A stretch of 53,835 bases of DNA, counting the filler, from Sphacelaria rigidula (taxonomy: Eukaryota), in NCBI GenBank assembly GCA_964200075.2. It is 4 parts of 4 records of this genome, joined end to end, with 100 filler letters (N's around TTAATTAATTAA, not from the genome) between each part and the next. Parts side by side here need not be neighbours in the genome. Positions count along the whole stretch, not along the records: positions 26,971 to 40,353 come from CAXNAA020002922.1; positions 40,454 to 53,835 come from CAXNAA020002923.1; 2 more parts are not named here. One strand, given 5' to 3'. This document shows, in pieces, positions 39,023 to 48,794 of the stretch. Below the pieces are notes generated by a model that was not told the origin of the DNA, ran no database searches, and saw only the letters and a program-made list of their open reading frames with translations. Both the position numbers and the translations under genes were made by a program. Numbering within the stretch: position 1 is the stretch's first letter; every line of letters begins with the position of its first letter.

Positions 39023-41646
39023 ATATCATCAGCAGCGCGAAGGCATTGCTGCTCCACGCACATGATCACTACTTTGGGAACCTTGTTTCCTCCACGAGTC
39101 AGCCTCCGCGATGGCGGTTTCATGAATATTGCGATTCTCGAAACCCCCTGTGACGGTTGGAGGGTTCCGTCAACCATGGTACAGTTTCATTGTAGGTGCT
39201 TTTGATTGACCCTTTTTCAAATAGCGTACTATGCTGGATGTTGAGGGATGTTCCGTCTCATCATAGGAGTAAGGTGTTGGAAGGAAATCAATTTCGTATA
39301 TGTATACAACTTTTGCTGTAAATTAGGTTACGGTTCAACATGAACAGCAACATGGGTAGAAGTTCATGGTCATATAGCGCAGGTTGTACAGTTCATAGTA
39401 CGAAAGGTTTTGTTGAGATAGAGCAATCTTCGGGGAACACCTCGTCGTCACTCTCTACTTTCTTCATTCAATCAAGCCTATCAGCTTGATATTAGTTTCT
39501 GCGTTAATAAGGAACCAAATGTTTTATTGTGTTCATTCGGCCGGATGAAGCGCCAAGTTTGAAAACATCCTTGTTCTTCAGTTGCACAAACAAGCGTTTA
39601 ACAACACTGTGCAGCCTCTACGAGCTCTCTTGTCAAAGCTGGGTTCACGTGGTGAACCGATTGTTCCTGCCGAGTTGACAGTCGAAGGTTGCGTGTTATA
39701 CACAAGCCACAGATATATATTTCACAGGTTGTGAGCCTCGCCACGCAGTTGGTATACTGTACGGTAGTCCTCAGCACCAGTAAACAGGACGTCTCATCGG
39801 AGTCGTTCATCAGCAGGGTGGTCAAGAAGCTAGGTTGTGCGAATTAAACACAGATCATAGTAGCAGATGAATTCAACTGGAGCGTCGTCTTTTACGTAAT
39901 TCATCAAAAAGTATCAATAATTTTTTGATAGAGTGAATGTTCCGGAGACCAAGCGTAAAACTAAAGCCGCCTTACCTGTAACACATCCTAATATTTCGGA
40001 GATTATAAATGGTAAAGGGCAATGGCCTTGAAAAGGCATACCTTCTCGTTTTGTCCGGGGAAGGTACGAAAAATGGCCAGAAACACTATATTCGTGAGAT
40101 TTAGAGGGTAGTTTCAGATTCAGAGTGGATGCTCTAGCGTTCCTAACAGGCATTTTTTTTTTTGCTTGAACACACGTGCTTACATGCAGCTACCGTACGG
40201 TACCTCAATCGAGGAATTCGGCGGTCTGGTTTGTGAGATACCGCACAAAGTATTTTCACGTCTGGGAGACATTTCGGAACTGAAACTGTTTCAGGCACTA
40301 ATCGGTTTTTCCTGAAAGAAGGGATCTTTTGTTGCAATGGACTGACTACGTCGNNNNNNNNNNNNNNNNNNNNNNNNNNNNNNNNNNNNNNNNNNNNTTA
40401 ATTAATTAANNNNNNNNNNNNNNNNNNNNNNNNNNNNNNNNNNNNNNNNNNNNTCACCACAGCACTTGCTCCTCAACATCAGTACCCAACTCGGCGCTCA
40501 CCACAACAGCAAACACCTCAGGTAATGCCTTCTTTTTAGTCCTCCAGCCCGCTCCTGAGAAACAGAAGCACTCGAACCACGACCCCATGCACAGCGTAGA
40601 GCATCCTTCCCTCTCGGACACTCCCTCCTTGCACCTTCAGTCTAGCTACACCTGTCACCCCCATGGTGTAGCTCAGCACGCCTCTAAAAGGTATATTCGC
40701 ACCGCGAAACCAATGCGACAGATCCTCTGCCCCCACAGATGCTTGCGCGTTCACAAACGGTCGTTCTTCAGTCGCTTTTACAGAGGAAATAAAAGGCGAA
40801 ACGGGAACATCCATGCAGTCCCGCACAGCAACACCTCCCGATGGCACCACGCCATCCTCCTCCAGCACCTGACCGCGATCAATGCCGCCAAATACGCTAA
40901 ACCTGTCCATGCTACAGCCCCCAAACCTGTCCATGCATACAGCAGTGCACACGACCACCCCAACACCACGCGACGCTCGTCGTCGCCGTCAGAAGAGTGA
41001 TCGCTAACAGCATCACGAGCTTACAGGTCGCTCTGCGTACCCGCGTAACGCAGGTCACACGCCCCTGTTGTTTCGACCATGCAAGGCGTGTCCACAGCTA
41101 CGCGTTGCTCCGGCGGCAATTCCGCCAACCTGGCTCTACCTGTCCTTCAATCAGACATCCCTGCGAATTATCTGACCGATCTCTTGCCATGTCACTGGCG
41201 CAGATAGATTCTTCCTGAGAATCGCAAGCCCCAAGCTTGCTCTGCTCACTTTCATCACGAAGAAAACACCCCCTTGCAGCTTCGAGCATGCAAGGTGTGT
41301 CCCCAATCATGCTCTGGTCCGGCGGCCACAAGCAACCTGGACCTTTGCCGCTCAGCGCTAGCTCATCGGAGCAAATTGGCTTCGCGCTTCCATCAGCAGC
41401 GGCAGCAGCGGCTGCATCAAATATCCCCGCTTCAGCCACCACCTCCTGCTCAGCGCACTCCTGAACGAGAATAGCGGCAGCTGAGCTGCCTGCAGTCTGC
41501 TTGAGCTGCGTGACATATTCGCCCTCTTCAGCAGCAATACCAGCAGCATCCAAACCGATGCTTATCGAGGTACTGTCGGCGGGTGCGTTCTCATGCCTCC
41601 CCGCTTTGACAGACACGTGCTGTGTCTCCTTTTCGCTCTGCACAGT

Positions 41647-41987
41647 GCAAACAGCTGCCCTGTATCGTGGTTCAAGACACGCCCTGCCGACTGCACGTTC
41701 AGCGGGTGCACTATCGCGCCTGTCCCCTCGGGCAGACACATGCTTCTCGGCGTTCATTGTGCAAGCATCTGCCCTGTATCGTTGTTTCAAACGCGACCAC
41801 CTACTGCACGTTCGGCGGGTGCACTGTCCTGGCTGTCCCCTCGGGCAGGCACATGCTTCTCGGCTGTCACAGTGCAAGCATCTACCCTGTATCGTTGTTT
41901 CAAACGTGGACCACCTACTGCACGTTCGGCGGGTGCACTGTCCTGGCTGTCCCCTCGGGCAGACACATGCTTCTCGGCTTTCACAGT
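41647..41987 (-). repeat. Three tandem 114/113/114-bp units (38-aa repeat) in the gag-like ORF
   Basis: Units 41647-41760, 41761-41873, 41874-41987; encode CTVxAEKHVSARGDSQDSAPAERAVG... Confidence 0.9.
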
Positions 41988-42802
41988 GCAATGTGCCCCA
42001 CCGGACGGCGCATGCTTGCGCAACGCGAAAAGTAACTTCTCGTCCTCAACATCATAATCATGTTTCAAGAACGTGTCACACAGGCATCTCGCAATATGTT
42101 TCGGCATGAGCTCAGAAACTGCTGCCACCCCAAAGAGATTTGTCCACCGCGCGTTCACCTGATCTACATCTCGCAAATATTGCTCGTATTTGCGTAAAAA
42201 CTCGGACGATTTAACGCTCGAAAACTTGCGGCCGTAGTACGGTATTTCCAGTGCCAGTACAGGAACAACACGACCATCGACGATGACATATGCCTGCGCC
42301 TTATTCATTTCGGGAGCACTCCACAAGGCCTTTTCGAAAAACGAAGTCGCCTCACGCTCACAGGAACAACAACTCTCTCCTTACAACGAGACGCACTGTA
42401 CCACCTCACGACGACAATGGCCATAGCGCCTCTTACTCACGCAGGTCTCACCGCGCGTTTGAAGTCCTTAGACTCCTCTTCCTGGCCGTACCTGACCAAG
42501 CGTGGAACAAGCACCTCTCGCTGGCTCAACCAGGCAGTAATCGTCCCGCTTTTTTGGAACGTGCACGGGCACGCCAGCTGTCGATGAACACCCCGCACCT
42601 CACGCACGAGCGATACCACAGCCCGCCCTAGCACTGCTTCAGAACCTCCTCGGCTCTACTTCTTCAACTCTTCGCGACGTTAAGACGCCTTGAGCTGGTC
42701 TTGTTTGCTGCAAACTAATCAGGCCCGCAGCCTTCCCTATCCTGATGTGTCAGCTGCGTTTTTAGCGGAGCTACCACCTCAGCGGACTTAATGAACGTTC
42801 AT

Positions 42803-43059
42803 TGTAGACTTCTGACACTCAACATCAGATTGATATGTGGACTCCTCCCATCACGGGCACATGGACTTCAGCAGCTTTGGTTATTCATATATTAACCCTC
42901 AGCATAGTACAGGAAAACAGGACCATAGCCTCTCTCCACCAGAGTAGCAAAACCGAGCCTACTCGTCATGGGGGTCACCACCACAGAGGCTGGAAATCAG
43001 ACCCGCAACTGCACCTACAATGTCCCTGACCTTAGGTAACAATGGTTGCTAGGTCTACA
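42803..43059 (-). repeat. 257-bp LTR (copy 1)
   Basis: TGTAGAC...GTCTACA termini; closely similar over its full length to 52246-52502. Confidence 0.88.
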
Positions 43060-43899
43060 CACCCAACCCGACGCTCACCACAACATCAAGCACCTCAGGT
43101 AATGCCTGCCTTGTAATTGTCCTGCGCTCCTCCTGAGAAACAGGAGCTCTCCGGCTACAATCTCGTCCACACCGTAAAGCGGCATTTCCACTCGAACAGT
43201 CGCTCCTCGCACTATAGATACAGCTACAGCTCTCACAGCTGTCCCGAAAATCAGCGTACAATGCCCACTGCACGGCAGGTACCAAAGCCACCCAGGCATC
43301 AGCATAGCTTCTTTCTTCCTGCATTATGATCTTCAAGGTACGAACAATGTCACACGTCATTCGCTCACGGTCACTAGGTTATAACCGCGAGTTGGCCACC
43401 ACTGTCCGCGATCTATCAGCACCTTCTCGGGTACTAAAGTGGTAATTTTCAAGGACCCGATTTTGGTTGTCCCTCCATAACTTTTGACTGACATCGAATT
43501 AAAAAAGAAAAACAGATCCGGAACACCCGCAGCAAGGCGCAAAAGAGAAGCGAGTCGTGAAAGAAAACAAGGAAAAAAAGGGGGAAAAAAAAATGCTCTC
43601 GGCGGGTCTCGAACCCACAAAATTGGCCCTAGAGCAACTTTTCCCCCAAATATTTTCGTACTCTGGATATTATTTTTTCTCACCAAACCACCCACACGTG
43701 CACAGGAAGACCCACAACCACTACACAAATGCCTCTGCCGCGCCTATAGCGTACTTTTATCACCCACCAACGTACTTTAGTCGCAAAAATTGTCTGTTTT
43801 CAACAAAAATATTCCTTTTTTGTATGACATCCCCACCAGAGAACATGGAAAAAAAGACTGAAAAAATATAGCTCAATGAACAAGAATGCACCATCCACT

Positions 43900-45702
43900 C
43901 TACGGCTTCCATACCTTCGGGGTCGGGCGCCTTTGTGACTTGTACTTCTTGTACGCTGTAAGAACTGCAAATATTCGTTGGAATGCTTGCGCAAAAACGT
44001 GCCGCTGAGTCTTAGACCAGAGAAGGATGGGCAGGCTGGTTAGGTAGTCCAGGGCTACTGCAAGGAGGCATACACGCACGCCCTCATGTACTGCGAGACG
44101 CCCGACCCAGCCTTTTTGCGAGCTTTGAGACGCCTTCGTCGAGTTCCAGCAAAAACCTGCGCTTGAAGCGACCTGTTCCAGGTGGCTTGATGCGTCCGCG
44201 GGCGATGAAATCCCGCTCCCACTGCTGTACCGTTGAAACGGTTCTCCGTCCAACTTCTGCTGCGATGGCCAGTGCATCCTTCCGGTCGACGCTGTTGGCC
44301 CAGGCCTGCTGGGTGTACAACTGGATCAGTGTCATGGCCACCTGGACCGTGTGTGCCAGCTGAAAGTTGGACAAACAGCTGTCTTCCGTGCATGTGTCCT
44401 GCGCGAAGGGGGAGTGTCGAGGGCGGCGATAAACCTTTCCATTTTCAGTAAATAGCCCATTTGTTTGACAGTAGTGTTTCCAGTGCATTCTTTTATGGTT
44501 GAGAGTGCAGACAAATTAATGTGCAGAACGGTGCAAAGTAGAGTGCAGGATGGTCAATACTCTGGCGGTGGCAGCCGGACCTTGGAGAGTGGTGGCGCCC
44601 GAGAAACTCCGCCACAATAATGATCTCGTGAGAAACAAAATTACAGCAGTGTAAGTGACAGAGTGTTTCTCGGCATGCATGAAGAAAAAAGAGGATCACA
44701 CTTGATATAAATACCGCCTAAATTACACTCACATCCTCCGTCTCCGCTGCTGGCTTGATCGCCTTCGCCGCATCCTTCACGACGAGGCCACGACGAGGTC
44801 GAGTATCTCCATGCTCTCCGCGCGAAACTCGTCCGCCGCTGCCGCGAGCAGCCGGGCTCTCATCTCTGCCCCTTTCGCACGCCTAATCTCCTTTGTGGCT
44901 TGAGATGTCTTGTACGTGCCCTTGCTCAGGTATCTCTTCTTCACCTCCTCGGCCCACTCGGGTTCGAACTCTATCCAAGCCCGCACGACTTCTTGCAGAC
45001 TGCTGGCAGACAGGTTGAACGCCCCAGGAACGGCCTCCTCTAGATCCTGTCGCAGTTTCAACGCACGCGTCCGCTGGGCAGCCCTCCCCAACGATCCAAA
45101 GGGTGGTCCGGTGTAGTCAAGTCGTCCGCCCCAGTTTAGATCTCGCGATCTTTCCGCGCCTGCAAGACCAGGTTCTTCCAGTGAACCAATGGCTGGGGCT
45201 GCGGTTTTAAATGCGCACTCCCGTGGAGGTGCGCTCTCCACCGGTGCATCGGATGAGCTCTTTTGTTGAAGGGCCTCCCAGTCAGCAGCAGTAACGTTGT
45301 CGAGGATGATTCCATCCGCGATGGCGTCGCGGCCGCGTGGCTTCCCCGACGTGATCCAGCCGCTCCGCCATTTCAACTCAGTGCTGTCTCTCGACCTTGC
45401 GTACAGCACCACACGGTACTTTCGTGGCTTCTGTCTATCGATGCTGAGTGTGTTGCGCAGCGTGAATCTGTCAGGAACTGACTGCTGTAGGCAGGAGATC
45501 ATCTCTTGCTCGAGTTCCATTTGGTTACCGGTCTTCACAACAACATGTGTACACCTCCCCGCGCCGTGTCCGCTGCTGCCCAAACCCAACGATCGCGCCG
45601 CGATTTTTTTGAATTTTGCTTCTTGATTAATTCCGACCTGGAGCCAGGCATAACCGGGTTCAGATCCAGGTGATCTAGAACCAGTTTTTTGCGAGGATTC
45701 CA

Positions 45703-45703
<1 letters not shown>
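43900..45703 (-). pseudogene. Transposase-like gene remnant (308-aa ORF, probable intron, HTH-like region, C-terminal remnant)
   Basis: ORF 45703-44777 broken by an 11-bp duplication (44778-44798); probable intron 44732-44399; HTH-like ALAIAAEVGRRTVSTVQQWERDF; ends KKYKSQRR; no DDE core visible. Confidence 0.6.
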
Positions 45704-45733
<30 letters not shown>

Positions 45734-45825
45734 TCACGGAGGTAGTAGGGGCGCGGCAAATCGAGATTTATATATTATATATATATATTCACGGAGGTAG
45801 TAGGGGCGCGGCAAATCGAGATTTA
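45704..45825. repeat. (TA)n tract with a 55-bp tandem duplication
   Basis: TATTCACGGAGGTAGTAGGGGCGCGGCAAATCGAGATTTA at 45731 and 45786. Confidence 0.92.
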
Positions 45826-48794
45826 CTAGTTCCCCCGCGTTTTTGGCGAAACGGTATATTCGACATAACACGTCACCAACATGTCTGTGAAACCTAAAAG
45901 TAGGTTCATTCGAAAGCCCTGATCTGTAGATTTCGAATGGTATGCATTTTGTTGGGTAAATACCCTGGCTCCATAGAGAAATCAATCAAGTGGCCTGTGG
46001 GCGGGTGCGGGAAAATTACCACTATATGACCGCACAGGTCTCATATTGTGATACCGTATCGCTGACCCATCCCTCCTGCGGCCCCAGCGCTTTGCACCAT
46101 GTCAATAGATGCTTCACCGTCGTTGCTGCCGTACAAGACTCCGCGGGCTCCAACCGCACAGAGTCGCTCGGGTCATCCATCCTTACCAGTATGTACTTGA
46201 ACGGATTTCCTATGTCCGAGCCATTATCTCCCAGCGGACCACCCTTGCCAACACTGACCGGAAAGTACGCCCTCGGCCGGGCCTTTGCCTCCACAGCAGC
46301 AGATTTGAATTTCACCTTCAAGGGCTCGACGCGAGCAGGCGGATAACCATGCAGCACTCGCCTAAAAATGCTCGCTCTGTTCCGTATAGGCTCACGAATC
46401 TGGCTCACATCGCTTTACGATATGCTGCCATTATCCGCGGCGGCTTGTACTGCCCCCTCGGGCGCAACATCAAGCTCAGCAAGCTCTTGTTCCAGGAATA
46501 TGCTCATCGCCGGACTTCTCGACAACAACCGCTCGACTGAGGAATAATACAACCGCTCGACTGAGGAATTAACGGGCTCCGCCCGACCTCCTGGTTACTG
46601 TAAAGCGTCAACCGCGGTACTGACACGCCGACAGTCTGTAAAATCAGGCGTGTTTACACCTCGCACCGAAGTGTTTCTTGCACATGCACAATCAATCACC
46701 TAAGCTACTGTACACGTCAATGCCCAGCGCCTCCAGCGTAGGGCGTTCCGTGATTATCACATCATCTGTGCCCGGCATGACCGCAGATGAACATGGGTCC
46801 AACACCCTCGGTCCCCAGCTGGTGTGTAAAGCGGTTCGGACAGGGCAGGTTTTCTGCTTCACGCGCTCAACATTGTCGTTAGTAAGTTTCACCAGCTGCT
46901 CAACAACCATCGCTGTGACCACTCGAACATCTGGAACCATGGCTTGTAATTCCGCCGCCACACCCACTGACATGGTCGTTATTCCAGATCCCGAGTCTAA
47001 AATGGCCTTGACCGGACAAGCACTCTGTGTCTCTGCACTGGGGTACAGACAAGTCGGCGAGGCACGGTCGTTCCTCTTTTTCTACGCGTATACCCTCAGA
47101 TTGAAAACCTGATACCTCACCAGGATTAAGCGATCTCCACGACGACATCGCCTCAGATGTCCAGCGCGGGACTGTTTCCTCTGTTTCCCCCGGTACGGTC
47201 TGCTGTACGCCACCAGTAGAAATGACCGATTCTGGCGGTAGCATCGCTCCACTGATGGGAACACCCTCTCCATCAGTTGAAAATACAGTCCTTGTAGGGG
47301 CAGGACTCTTGCCCCCTCCTCGAGGCACCTGTCCAGGGCCCTGCGACACCTGCTGCTGTTGTTGCTGCGTGTCGCCGGCCTTCGACTGCCCACATTCAGA
47401 ATGTTGTGGAGCAGCAGCTTGGCTTTGCTGCTTACAATCCTTCACGAAGTGACCCTTGTCTCCACATGAGAAACAACATGCATACCCTGGGCCCGGTTTC
47501 CGAGATTTCCCGGAACTGGCAGTCTCACTGCCAGTGGTCGCCATTTTTACTCCATTCGGTTGGCGCCTGGACCCGGAGGTCCCGCTGCCGCCCTTCTGTT
47601 TCAGCTGCGCTGGTGACGGCGCTGTTTATCAGCTGCTTCTACCGTCTTCCACGACTCTGCTGCTCCCCGAGCTGTATGTATCATACACAAGCCCAGGGTC
47701 CTCTTTCCACCCCCCCTTCATGTAAAGCATGTTGAGCACTTTTGTCTTGAAATCAGGGGGGGATATGCCGGCGAGCAATTCCCGCGTAATTATTTGAGCG
47801 GGTCCTGCTTTGAAAGTCTCGTCCTCGCGGAACGCGCGCTCGATGCTCGCGTTTTCGGCAAAAACCTTCTCGAGGGCATCCCACTGTCCCTCGATCCTAC
47901 CCATGGCAGTCGACTCGTTACGAGCGGCCAACGCCTTCCGCACACCCGCTGCAGCAGCTGAAGGATCGATCTCTGTATCAATCCAACATTTTGCATGTCG
48001 GCCTAGTGCCTGCTTCAGATGTTCATCATCGAGTACCGATCCGTCAACTATTGTACGTGATAAACACGCGCGAATGTGCTCGGACACGAGTTTTGTCACG
48101 GTCGATAAAGCACCATGTACCATCCTCCCATTATTGCTTAGTTGTACGCTCTCTTCGTAATCGCTATTTTTTTTTTTTAACTCGTCTGGAGGCATCTTCG
48201 CTGAAATGCCGTCCGAACTCCAGTGCTTTCAGCGATCCACCTGGCATGAGCTCAGTGAATTCAAAAACCACCTCATCGCCTGGATCGCTCCCACCTCCTT
48301 TCCTGGGCGCTGCCATTCTTCCTTAGCTGCACGCAATGCTTCCAGCCAACGTAGCCGTCCCTCTCTTGAACGAGCTGCAATAAGCTGCCTCGCGTTAGAG
48401 ACTGCACACCTGTCTGTGTACAATCCAAAAATGCTTTTGCAGAGACTGTCCGCAGCTGAAAAAACTTTGCCAGAAACCAGCGGGTTCCCTGAATAAACGT
48501 TTATTATAGACCCCTCCTGGACTCAGAACAGAGTCACAAGACTGCTCCAAGGGCTTCCTCCCTCACTAAGGCTTGGAGACTTCAAGACAGTTGTTGTTCA
48601 CAAACACACAGTCTTCGTTATCGGAAGTAACCTTGCACCTCCTTGAACACGTATATTGTTAAGCATTCAAGGTCATACTCCAGGAAATATCTCATGACCT
48701 AATATCATGATTCAAAGTTCATATCCAAATCTCCATGGATCAACCTGCAGCTCCTCATTCATGTGTACTTATACTAGAGGTAGACTACTCTACA

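Larger units (their letters stand above)
40454..43059 (-). mobile_element. Degenerate Ty3/gypsy-like LTR retrotransposon segment A (5' LTR, gag-like ORF, pol 3' remnant)
   Basis: LTR 42803-43059; gag-like ORF 42326-41098 with a frameshift; 40484-40620 is homologous to the pol 3' end at 43060-43200; runs into a gap and may be chimeric. Confidence 0.7.
43437..46024 (-). mobile_element. TA-flanked TIR DNA transposon (Tc1/mariner-IS630-like), internally deleted
   Basis: TIRs AAGTGGTAATTTTCAAGGACCCG and (rc) TAGTGGTAATTTTCCCGCACCCG match at 19/23; TA at 43435-36 and 46025-26; flanks rejoin as continuous integrase sequence. Confidence 0.85.
43060..48794 (-). mobile_element. Degenerate Ty3/gypsy-like LTR retrotransposon B
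   Basis: Putative 5' LTR 48505-48794; gag 48195-47629; CCHC knuckle CFSCGDKGHFVKDC ~47434-47475; protease ILDSGS ~46990; RT start PPARVEPLKV fused to integrase core; integrase continues at 43434-43060 after a TIR insertion. Confidence 0.85.
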
